From: Vitrella brassicaformis CCMP3155
Lineage: Eukaryota > Protista > Chromerida
Assembly (NCBI GenBank): GCA_001179505.1
Contig: CDMY01000198.1
Location: 107,371 to 171,370 of the forward strand
Reading direction: 5' to 3'
DNA length: 64,000 nt
Shown here: piece after piece, positions 35,801 to 47,100 of the stretch
Layout of the letters: each line of letters opens with the position of its first letter
Numbering within the stretch: the stretch's first letter is position 1
The notes under the pieces: model-generated
The model's input: only the letters and a program-made list of their open reading frames with translations
Database searches by the model: none
What the model was told of the DNA's origin: nothing
Translations under genes and position numbers: made by a program

Positions 35801-37475
35801 CTGCACCACACACACGATGACACAACCAAAAGCTTTGGGGCCCATTGGAATGCGCATCTATCTAACGCACTGAGTGTCACAGATGGCCATGCATGTGTCA
35901 GGACAGCCCAACAGAGCCTCACGACACGTCACACCATTGCAGTGCACCACTGAGTCCACCGAATCGGTGATCTCACCTTGAGATGAAGGCCTCGAGTGCC
36001 TTCATCTTGCTATGGGTCACAGATTCCAGCTCCTGAGCCATCGCGGGCGACAGCCCCGCCCCTGGGAGGGCTGGCAATGACGTCATGATGGCGCCACGAG
36101 CCCCTTGGTGCGGACGGTGAGCGAGACAAAGGATAATGAGGCTTTCGGTGCTCCTTCGCACTGCTGGTCGAACCAGATGGACACCTTTGGGAGACAGAAG
36201 CCCTATAGCAGTCTGAAAAGCAGATTTGATGTCGTGGCGGCTGGGATCAGGGCTCGCAGATCCCCGCCAGGACGGCCAGGAGCCCTCCATTTTGTGGCAG
36301 TGATGGCGCCGCCTTTGATGCAGATGACAGCCCACTCCTATCCATCGCGTCCACCGCCCTCACACAACACACGCAGCTATTGCTCTCACTCTCTATATCG
36401 ACAACATATCTACAGCTTCCCATCTGGTCAAATGGGGAGCTTGAACCCAATCCGACACAAAGCCCCCCCTCGGCCCTCGGCGCCTGTTGACAGTGCCCTT
36501 GTGGCCGCTCTCGGACAGGCCTTGCCCTCTCAGTGAGGCTCTCACATATCGCCTGCTGTCAAGCGCCACTCCGCGACGACACCTTAGTCAAGCCGCGCAA
36601 GTTCCAGCGCTCGCGAGTCGATGGCGACCTATACTGTATCGCTGGGGATGAATGACACGGTATTGGAAGTCCGTCTGAAGAGGTCCGTGTTGGTGTGGAC
36701 GCTTCCTGGCTGCTGCAGATTGAGCCGTCTGGCGTTGGATGGCGGCGGCTGGAAGCGTTGAAGGGGAGGGCAGAGAGGGAGTGGCGGGAGGCGGCATAGT
36801 GGGTGTGGAAGTCTTGCACGCTGCCGGCACTGCACACACCTCGTCAGACCTGACGACCTGACAAACAGAAACACACACAGACACAGACAGAGAGAGAGTA
36901 CAGCGCATCTCTGTTGTGTGTCCGGTGCTCTGTCTGCCTGTCTGTCTGTCTGTCTGTGTGGGTCAGTTGGTGATGCATGATATGGATCAGCACGCCCTCT
37001 CGGAGAGGCTCAGCCGACACAATGGTGGTTATACTAGTGTTGTCATCATCGCGTCCACACCACACACGCCGCTCTCTGACGTCCCTCACCCACACACATG
37101 CGGCTCCCTCTTACCCCCTCTGAGCATCTCGGGGACGACTCGAGAAGACCCGTACCTCGGCAACTCTGAAACCACAGCCACACACACACACACACACACA
37201 CACACGTATCACCCGACAGTTTGAGAATCCCGTCAGCTTTGTGCTGCCAATAGAGGCGGGTGACCATGTCGGCGCTCGCTCGGCCGTTCGTCGGTCTCCG
37301 GCGTGTGCGAATGAAGACGGATGTCCTGGAGCAGACAAACAGGCCAATCAATGGACAAATCTGCTGCTGTGCCGCTCATCATCTTCGATGTTGCCAAATG
37401 GATGTTGCCAAGACGGACAGCATCGGACAGGAATCCATAAGTAGCCTTCCCGACTTCGCTTCTGTGCGATGATAG
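32880..37475 (-). repeat. Inverted segmental duplication, copy 1
   Basis: Reverse complement is colinear with ~44108-48795 across exons and introns. Confidence 0.92.
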
Positions 37476-38053
37476 TAAGAGCTGGTTTTGATGCTGCCTG
37501 GTCCTGGTTCTGCTGCTGGTGCTGCTGCTGCTCTTCATTGCTGCCGCTCTCGGATGGTTCCGTGGATATGCAGACGGCAGGCTGCACTGGTGGTGCTGGT
37601 GGTGGCGATGGTGATGGTGGTGGCTCCTCCTCCGAAGGTGGTGGGTCTTCATTCGTGTCCTCCGCGTTCGTCTCCTCCTGGCGGCTGCACAGAGGCGGAA
37701 ACACACCACACACATGAGGGAGTGTACAGCCAAGAGCCGCATTCTCGCTGACCTCCCGTCGTCGTCGGTCCTCAGGGAGGCCTCCAAGCGCTCGATGAGC
37801 TGCATCATACAACAACAGCCATCCACCGACTTTGTTTAGTGCTCTTGGAGCGTTTGTCGGGTTGGATACCTCTCTGTTGTCATCCAGCAGCTGCTCGAGC
37901 CTGTCGACGTCTTTGGATCTGCAGAAAGAGAGCCGGCCGGTTTGTGCGTCGGGTCGTCTGGCGAGATGAATGAGTGATCTTTCTTACTTGACGCATTCTG
38001 ATATCGCCACGAGCAGCGCACCCCTGGCGGCTGTCCGCAGGCGCCTCCGCCAT
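32952..38053 (-). pseudogene. Degenerate MutL-family (MLH1-like) gene, copy B, with several lesions
   Basis: Same MLH1-like exons as copy B'. Lesions: donor GT->AT at 37378-37379, a 4-nt indel versus B' near 37300, an extra G near 32985, and ATG 38053 out of frame with the next exons. Confidence 0.5.
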
Positions 38054-38072
38054 TTCCCTCTCCTTGTTTAGG

Positions 38073-41000
38073 CTTCAAGCTCGCAAAAGTGAGAAAGGGA
38101 AAAAGGAGGCGGGGAGGAGGACGGTGCGGTCGCATGAGCGCTCGGTGAGGTCTTGGCTGTCCTAGCGCACCCTCAAGTCCGAGCAACCCATCGGCTGCCC
38201 GCCGTTCGACGGGCTCACAAGAAGACATGCATCCATCGCACAAACCGTAAGCGGGTCGGGCGCAACGGCGCCAGACGCTATGGCATCTTCCTGTGTTTGC
38301 ATGTGTGTGGACCTACAGGAAGCTGTAGCAGCGTAGCTAAGGTCTTTTGTGTGTGTTGAGCGATGGACGGCCCGCCAGCCAAAGCCCCGCGCACAGCCGC
38401 TCCGGCCCAGAGTGACGACTCATCCAACCGCACCGCCTCGAAGAGCCTGACGAGCCTTCTGGATGGGCTCATCTGGCTCAACGTGTCATCGTATCAGTCC
38501 GTCAAGGAGCGCCTGGCGATGAGCTGTGTCTGCCGGGCCTTCTACTGGGCCATCTACTCGCTGATCCGCGTCATCAACCGGCACCGCCACAACCACGGCC
38601 TCAGCTGCAAGGGACCTGGCGGCAGCCTGGTGACGTTCGAGCAGCAGCAGCACGCCATCATCCTGCTGCCCAGAAAGGAGGAGGTCGAGGAGATCGGCCG
38701 GGCGCGGCTGTTTGCCTTCGTCTCGCTGCAGCTGGTCAGCCACACCGACACGCTCAAGGGCATCCAGACGACACAAGCCAAGCAGCAGCGAGACGGGAAT
38801 GATGATGCCGATGAAGAGGGGAGTGACCTGCCGGTGGCGCAGGTCAAGGGGCCCGATGCGGTGTTTCCCTCGGTGACGTCACTTGAGGTGGACAGCCTCG
38901 ACGGACTGCATCTCTTCCAGCAGCAGAAGCTCGTCTGCCCGGCACTCGACCGGCTCACCGGCAAGGTCCTCTCTGAAGACGAAGTTGGTCGCCTCGAACT
39001 GCCGGCCGTGTTCGATGGCAGTCTGGCGTTCATCCTCGGCTCGTCCCCTTCCCTCACTCACCTGGACATCTTCCCACTACTGTGCTGCAGCACGACCCTC
39101 ACGCAGCCCCTCACGGCCGCTGCCCTCCCATCGCTCAAGAACCTGCGCCACATCGGCCACCTCAAGCTGCGGGGCACCGGCACACTGGCGACGAGCAACA
39201 CTGAGACAACCAGGGTTGTGACATTGCTGCGGCAGCTCGCGCCAGGCAGCGGCGGTATCGCGGCGGGCTCGTCAAGCAGCGCAAGTGCGGCCCCCTCCCG
39301 CTCCCCCTCGTCCTCCCCGTTGGGAGCCGCCACGAAGCGCCACCTCAAGGTCCACTGCCCCCTTCGCATCGTCCCTGACTTCACCGATCCGCCTGCCTGG
39401 CCCTATGACTCAGTGGAGACGATTCAGGCGGCAGAGAAGATGGGGTGGGAGGTGGTGAGAGAGGGAGGCAAGACAGCCATCCATTACTACGGAGAGAGGG
39501 TGGAGGGCCCGCCGACCGCCGAGACCCTCGAGCTCGTGGATACCATCAAACGGCATGCGGGAGGGGGCGACAGCGTGTCATTGGCCGATTACGATTTCCG
39601 GTCCGGTGATCCCATCAGCCCCCACTTCAGCGGCATCCGGTTCGACAACGCTAGCACACTGCATGTGCTCCTCCGCATTCGCGGCCCTGACGTCGCTGCC
39701 GAGTCCTTCAACAGCATCCCCCAGTGGCTGACCGAGGAGACCACGCTCAAATCACTCTGGTGAGGCAAACAACACCATAAGGGNNNNNNNNNNNNNNNNN
39801 NNNNNNNNNNNNNNNNNNNNNNNNNNNNNNNNNNNNNNNNNNNNNNNNNNNNNNNNNNNNNNNNNNNNNNNNNNNNNNNNNNNNNNNNNNNNNNNNNNNN
39901 NNNNNNNNNNNNNNNNNNNNNNNNNNNNNNNNNNNNNNNNNNNNNNNNNNNNNNNNNNNNNNNNNNNNNNNNNNNNNNNNNNNNNNNNNNNNNNNNNNNN
40001 NNNNNNNNNNNNNNNNNNNNNNNNNNNNNNNNNNNNNNNNNNNNNNNNNNNNNNNNNNNNNNNNNNNNNNNNNNNNNNNNNNNCCGCCCGCCACGCCCAA
40101 CCGACTCTCGCGCCTTCTCTCGTCCCTCCCCGCACTCACGCACGTGGACTTCGACTCTCCGGCGGGCTGTGGCATCCTGGTCACAGAGGTGCTGGCATAC
40201 ATTCAGCAAAGCGTCGGAACAAAGCCACTCAAGGTACTCAGGCGCGCACACGTAGCACGGGCACGTCCGTCCCTAATGAACGGACCCTTCTCACTTGGGT
40301 CGCAGAAGTTGGAGATAGTGCATCACTGGCCGCTTTTCCTCCGGCCCCGCACCAAAGCGGCCGCCCCTGTCGCCTTCCCCTCACCCCACACCGCCCGCCA
40401 GTACCCCACAGTGGAAGAGCTCAGCATCGAGATCCAGCCCATCGACATGGACCTGGTGGGCAGCGCCCAGGACCTCATCGCGAGAGCAGAGAGCGTCCCC
40501 GAGCGGCTGCGGGACCTCTTCCGCCTCGTCCACGAGCTGCGGCCGACGCACGCCACCTTCGAACTCAGCGAGCGGGCAGACATCTTCGTCGCACCCGGCG
40601 ACGCTGAGCAAGTCGACAGCGAGCTCGACTTGCTGTTCCGCGAGGGCCGTGTACGCGACGACATGGCCGAGTATGGGATGGAGCTGCGTCTGCCGATGAC
40701 ATATAAGCGGTTCGACGGTGAGGACTCGTCGGTTGAGGACATGGCTGCCCGGCCGGCCGAGCACCAGTTGACCGTCGAGATGGACATATGGCTGCTGAAT
40801 GACAGTGACGGTGTAGAGGGGAATAGTGAGGGATTTGATGATGCGGCGGGCTGGACGGACTGGGGAGGGCAGGGGGGAGATGGTTAGCTGCCGGTGTGAA
40901 TAGCTACTTAGTGTGCAGACAGACAGGCCTGAGAGCAGCCTGGCCGAATGCTCGGCTGCCGCGTTTCTGGAGAGACAATCACTGTGTGTGGGTGGGTGGG

Positions 41001-41105
41001 TAGCTCGCCATCCGGGCGCTCACTGAGAGACAGACCAATGAGTAGGTAGGGTGAGGGGGTGGACGGCTGGTGCAGATGACTCGAGTGCCATGAATATGCG
41101 TCCGT
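38073..41105 (+). repeat. Direct segmental duplication, copy 2
   Basis: See copy 1. Confidence 0.9.
38363..40887 (+). CDS. F-box-like protein A' (paralogue of A; gap at 39784-40083)
   Basis: F-box region near-identical to A, same intron positions, ends at TAG 40885-40887. Confidence 0.7.
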
Positions 41106-41799
41106 GCATCAAGGAGCGGCGCTGTGTTCCCTAACGCACGATCCGTGAAACAAACACCTTTGAGAACAGGAGAAAAGGCGGAAAACGCCCCTACCCTTCA
41201 CTCCCCCCCGTTGTTTTGTGATTGTTCGTTCCCTGCTACATACCTGATACTTCTGTGTGTCTATCGCACCGTCTTCGGCATCGTATCGCACCAGCCAGAT
41301 CTGGACGATGGACGACCCTGACTTGCCGAGTCCCGTTTCACACTCAGGTACGCCACCATACCGACGCGCATATGCATGGCGAGCGGAGCGACCAGAAACC
41401 TCTCCCCTGTCGACACACACATGTGCGTGAACGTGTGTGTTCAGATGGGGATCTCTCTGATGATGTGACGTTTTTGTTCCCTCGCCGTGTTCCGGTAGGC
41501 ACAACACACACGACGCGACGACAAGAGGGTCGACCACACTGACCGGAACACGTGTGTGTGATTGTGTGACTTGGGTGGTTTGTTTCGTGTGGTTCAGTCT
41601 CCTATCGCAAGGCCGGATGGCCGTCGTGGGGTGGAGGTTTTGTCAGAGATCCGGACCGATGATCGTACGACCGAGGAATCACCCGTGAGGGTTGTGTGAT
41701 CTCCTTCACAAAACACAACACATGTGCACAACCTCATCTCATGTGGTTCTCTCTCCCTCTCGCTCCGCATGTCATGTCCAACAGAAGCCGGGCACCCGG

Positions 41800-42996
41800 A
41801 TGCCTCGCCTGCCCCTCCACCCACACCCACCCCCTCTCTCTCCTTCTCTTTTTCCGCCACCCAAGTGCCCCACCAGCCCTCCGTCAACCAGACGGACCAC
41901 CCGCAACCGCAACTTGCCCACACATCCCGCCCTCTTGCTGCTGCCGCGAGAGCTCACTCTCCTGGTGTTCGCCCTCCTGCCGACGGAGACAGTGGTGGTG
42001 CTGTCACGGGCGTGCAGAAGCCTCTCCACTTTGTGTCGACTGCCCGGATCACACGCACACCTGAACTTCGACCGCTCGAGAAAACTTGAGAGGCTGGTGC
42101 TGCTGCATGACGCCACCCCGTGGCGGGACATCTTCATGGCGGGCGCCATCCGGCAGGCGACCATCGACATGGGCGGCGGCATCAGCGTGCCGGCGCTGCT
42201 GATGGTCCTGTCCTTGATCGAGGCCTCCGCCCCCGTCCTCACGGACCTCTCTCTCCACCTCTGGCTGCCACACACCGGCGGAGCCCTCGCCATGCACAGC
42301 GGCCTGCAGCGCCCGGCCGAGGTGAGGCGCGACCATGGCGACGGGCACTCCCCCATCACATTCCCCCAGCTCAGGAGCGTCACGCTTCGCGAGTCATTTC
42401 CAGGCATCGACGACCTCTCCCTCGCCCTCGCATCGCTCCGTCAGTGGCGCCTTCCCGCCCTGGAGCACATGAGCGTGACAAGGAACACTCAGGGGTGGCT
42501 AGCGAGTGTCGCTGACGCCAAGACGCGGGCATGCGTCGGCGTGTGGGCCGCACATACGAGCCATCTCAAGACGGTGCGGGTGGCGAGCGGACGGCTGGAG
42601 GGTCCCCAAGTGGAGGTGGCCGTCATGGGGGCGGTCTGGGACGTCATCGACAGGGCGCCCCGGCTCGATTGGCTGGAGGAGATCGAACTGGGCCACGGCG
42701 CCAGGCTGGTCGACTACGACGTGATCGCGCTCATCCACAAGAAATCATCGGATGACCGACCTCCCCTCGCCCTCCGGTTCGCATCTCTCCAGCTGACTGA
42801 GGACGTCATCACGGCCATCGACCGGCTGCTGACGGCGTCACCGCTCCCACTCCACATCGATGCCCAATCCCTGGACCTCACCCGATTGGTCGACCACCCC
42901 CTTCGCCCCTCCTTGCTGCCCTCAATTCGACGCGTGCTGCGCCGCCTCGCCTGTGATGCCCCATGTGTGAGCACTCTCATCCACAGCAAGCAGTGA
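41800..42996 (+). CDS. Intronless F-box protein with possible LRR-like C-terminal repeats
   Basis: LLLLPRELTLLVFALLPTETVVVLSRACRSLSTLC is a good F-box motif, followed by FPQLRSVTL and LPALEHMSV segments. Start codon uncertain. Confidence 0.7.
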   Translation: MPRLPLHPHPPPLSPSLFPPPKCPTSPPSTRRTTRNRNLPTHPALLLLPRELTLLVFALLPTETVVVLSRACRSLSTLCRLPGSHAHLNFDRSRKLERLVLLHDATPWRDIFMAGAIRQATIDMGGGISVPALLMVLSLIEASAPVLTDLSLHLWLPHTGGALAMHSGLQRPAEVRRDHGDGHSPITFPQLRSVTLRESFPGIDDLSLALASLRQWRLPALEHMSVTRNTQGWLASVADAKTRACVGVWAAHTSHLKTVRVASGRLEGPQVEVAVMGAVWDVIDRAPRLDWLEEIELGHGARLVDYDVIALIHKKSSDDRPPLALRFASLQLTEDVITAIDRLLTASPLPLHIDAQSLDLTRLVDHPLRPSLLPSIRRVLRRLACDAPCVSTLIHSKQ

Positions 42997-43794
42997 CGAG
43001 AGAGAGTGCGGCGTGGAGTGATGCGGGCGAGTGCCCACTTACTGGTGTTGTGTTGATTTCAGTGGGTGTGTGGTGGCGGGTTCTCGTGTGGGGAGGGAGG
43101 GGTGGGTGCGGATCATTTGAGTGTTTTGATTGATCAGATAGCTTATTGTCGGAAAGACAGTGAGTGAGTGGCTGGATGGATGGCGAGAGGAGGGGAGGGG
43201 CGTCCCTATCTATGTTGCATAGATAGTGTGTATGTGTCAGTGAGTGAATGTCTGTATGTCTGTCTGTCTGTCTGTGTGTATTTCTGTGGATATATGGCTC
43301 ACTCTCTTGGTGTCATCCACTCGTGTGATGGATGGGTCTGGTTATGGTCGCGTGTGTCACTCACACGCCTCCTTACTCCTGTCCTCTCCGTGTTGGCGGC
43401 TTGAGTCGCCTTCATCATATCATGGGCACAAGCGGTGGTGAGCGAGGCACGCTCGTCTCCACAGGGCACATGATGGATGCGATGCAGTGGACGCAAGCAG
43501 TCACAGAGAGAGGACGGGGATCGTGGCAGCCAGCGAGGACTGTTGTGTCGCTTGTTTGTAACTTTGCCGGGGCTGGGTGTATCGGGTCGACGGGTGTCCG
43601 CCTGTGTGTATATCTGTGAGTGAGTGGTTTCCTTTATCGATCCGGACACCTATGGGTGGGCGGGTGGGTGGGTGGGCGGGATGTCTGTCCGTCTGTGTGT
43701 GTCTTTTCTTTGGCCAACGGGTCAAGCCCTGCTCTAGCTGCCCCTGCCTGCCTGCCTGCCTGCCTGCCTGCATCCGTCGCCCTCTGTCAGAGTC

Positions 43795-43825
<31 letters not shown>

Positions 43826-44107
43826 CCATATCTGGCTCTATCTGTGTGTGTGTACGTCACTCTGCTGCACTGCACTCACTACTTCATTGCATGTGTGTCA
43901 TACCTACCTACCTACGTGGCGTGGGCGAGTGAAGAACCCTTATATCCATGAAACAACTTTATCAGTCACGGTTGAAACCACATAGCATACCCGCCCAGGC
44001 CAGGCCGCGATTGCGTTCAGACACTCTGACTCTCACTCAAATCGTGACTGCTGTTTCCTTCTTCTCCTCTTCTCTTCATGCGACTCTGCTTAGTATCAGG
44101 CTGCAGG

Positions 44108-47100
44108 CTTCGCATCGAAGCGAAATCAGGAAGGCGACTGATGCATGGACTGGATGGACACTGTCGATGCTGCCGCCCTGGCAATTGGTGAGCGGCACAG
44201 CAGGACACAAGGACGCCTGCCATACACAAGGATGACTATCATGAATTCACTCTGTCCCTTGATTCCCCTGTTTGTCTGCTCCAGGACATCCGTCTTCACT
44301 CGCCTCCCACGCGCCGCCACCGACGAACGGCCGAGCGGGCGCCGACTTGGTCACCCGCCTCTGTAGGTGTGACACACTGCGTGTCTGTTGGCGGCACAAG
44401 CCTTATGGCGTTCTCAGCCGGTCGGGTGGTGTGTGTGTGTGGCTTTTTGGTTTCAGACTTACAGAGGTGCGGGTCTTCTCGAGTCGTCCCCGAGATGCCC
44501 AGAGGAGGTAAGAGGAAGCCGTATGTGTGTGTGTGAGGGACGTCAGAGAGCGGCGTGTGTGGTGTGGACGCGATGATGACAACACTAGTATAACCACCAT
44601 TGTGTCGGCTGAGCCTCTCCGAGAGGGCGTGCTGATCCATATCATGCNNNNNNNNNNNNNNNNNNNNNNNNNNNNNNNNNNNNNNNNNNNNNNNNNNNNN
44701 NNNNNNNNNNNNNNNNNNNNNNNNNNNNNNNNNNNNNNNNNNNNNNNNNNNNNNNNNNNNNNNNNNNNNNNNNNNNNNNNNNNNNNNNNNNNNNNNNNNN
44801 NNNNNNNNNNNNNNNNNNNNNNNNNNNNNNNNNNNNNNNNNNNNNNNNNNNNNNNNNNNNNNNNNNNNNNNNNNNNNNNNNNNNNNNNNNNNNNNNNNNN
44901 NNNNNNNNNNNNNNNNNNNNNNNNNNNNNNNNNNNNNNNNNNNNNNNCAGCCGCCGCCATCCAACGCCAGACGGCTCAATCTGCAGCAGCCAGGAAGCGT
45001 CCACACCAACACGGACCTCTTCAGACGGACTTCCAATACCGTGTCATTCATCCCCAGCGATACAGTCTAGGAGAACCTCAGCATCGCCATCGACTCGCGA
45101 GCGCTGGAACTTGCGCGGCTTGACTAAGGTGTCGTCGCGGAGTGGCGCTTGACAGCAGGCGATATGTGAGAGCCTCACTGAGAGGGCAAGGCCTGTCCGA
45201 GAGCGGCCACAAGGGCACTGTCAACAGGCGCCGAGGGCCGAGGGGGGGCTTTGTGTCGGATTGGGTTCAAGCTCCCCATTTGACCAGATGGGAAGCTGTA
45301 GATATGTTGTCGATATAGAGAGTGAGAGCAATAGCTGCGTGTGTTGTGTGAGGGCGGTGGACGCGATGGATAGGAGTGGGCTGTCATCTGCACCAAAGGC
45401 GGCGCCATCACTGCCACAAAATGGAGGGCTCCTGGCCGTCCTGGCGGGGATCTGCGAGCCCCTGATCCCGGCCGCCACGATATCAAATCTGCTTTTCAGA
45501 CTGCTACAGGGCTTCTGTCTCCCAAAGGTGTCCATCTGGTTCGACCAGCAGTGCGAAGGAGCACCGAAAGCCTCATTATCTTTTGTCTCGCTCACCGTCC
45601 GCACCAAGGGGCTCGTGGCGCCATCATGACGTCATTGCCAGCCCTCCCAGGGGCGGGGCTGTCATCCGCGATGGCTCAGGAGCTGGAATCTGCCACCCAT
45701 AGCAAGATGAAGGCACTCGAGGCCTTCATCTCAAGGTCAGATCACCGATTCGGTGGACTCAGTGGTGCACTGCAATGGTGTGACGTGTCATGAGGCTCTG
45801 TTGGGCTGTCCTGGCGCATGCATGGCCATCTGTGACATCACATAGATGCGCATTCCAATGGGCCCCAAAGCATTTGGCCGTGTGTCATCTCTGTGTGTGG
45901 TGCAGGTGCAACAGTGAGGGTTCTGGCGATCTCATGGTGGTCCGTTCGGCGATATTCGAAGCTCTCGAGGTGGAAAATCTCGTCCAAGGCACCCTCAGCT
46001 CGCAGCTGGCCCATCCCAAGGCCAAGAAGACCACCACGCAGACCCCGTTCCTGCGCCTCTCGCCGTCCAGCAGTGGAGGCGGCACATACGATGCCGTGAC
46101 GGTGCTGCGGGACATCTCGGTGGCCGCGTGGGGCCGCACCAAGGGAGGCAACACGGCCATTCAGCGGGAGGTGGCCGACATGATTGAGAAGAGCCGGCGG
46201 CCCGACCCTCATGGCGGGGGCTATCCCGTTCACCTGGGAGTGCTGGTCGAGGCGATGCTCGACAGGCTCAAGTGCAAGAAGACCATTCGGTGAGGGTCAC
46301 AATGGTGGGCGGATGGCGGGATGCTGTATGGTCCTCTGGTGTGATGTGTTGTGTGCAGGTATGTGTTGGTGACCCAGTGGGACATGTTGCTCGCCAACTT
46401 GCCGCTGTCGCTGCTGGAGAGACTGACCACCGACTACCGGTCTAAGCTGGCCATCATAGGTACGGCGGTGGCCATTGAGCCGCAGCCGCACACACACACA
46501 CACACGCCACCACGCCGATCAGCAATCAGAGCCCATACGTGCATCTCGTCTGCCCGTCCCTTGATGTGCCTTTGCAGGTCTGCAGACTGTGTCGGACCAT
46601 AGCAGTGGAGCCATGACGCTCGGAAGCTCACACGGTACGCAAGCTACTGCTGGCCCTTACTTGGCAAAGCACGTTTGTATGTGTCTCCCTGCCTGTCTGC
46701 AGGTTCCCCCAAGTACCAGGTCCTCCCCTTCGCTGACATCGCACTCCCCCCCGCCCCCACCCACCGCCACCCCAAGAAGACCCGCACCAGGGCCACCAAA
46801 GCGTCTTCCAGCACCCTCGCACCCAACGTCACGGCGCTCGACGACCGTTCCGCGGCGGATGGTGAGGATGACGACGATGACCTGTACGAGCCGCGCCCCG
46901 CCAGACGGGCCGGCGGCAAGTCGTCCAAGGCACAGACGCAGGGCAAGGGCGAGGCGCCCCGACTGCGCATGGAGAGGGGGGCGACGAATAGCCACACGCT
47001 GTGTGTCGAGATGGAGCTGGGAGGCTATGGGCAGCAGATGGGGTTCGGTGAGGGTGAGGGCATGGACTTGTGTGACATGGGGCAAGGGATGCTTAGCGGC

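Noticed and set aside
36690-36730. VGVDASWLLQ as an XPG/FEN1 N-terminal motif on the plus strand
   Set aside because: Short, flanked by stops, and antisense to the MLH1-like gene. No other nuclease motifs.
43000-44000. ORFs and repeats in the microsatellite-rich spacer
   Set aside because: Translations are dominated by CTGT/GT/CCTG simple repeats, with no coding signal.
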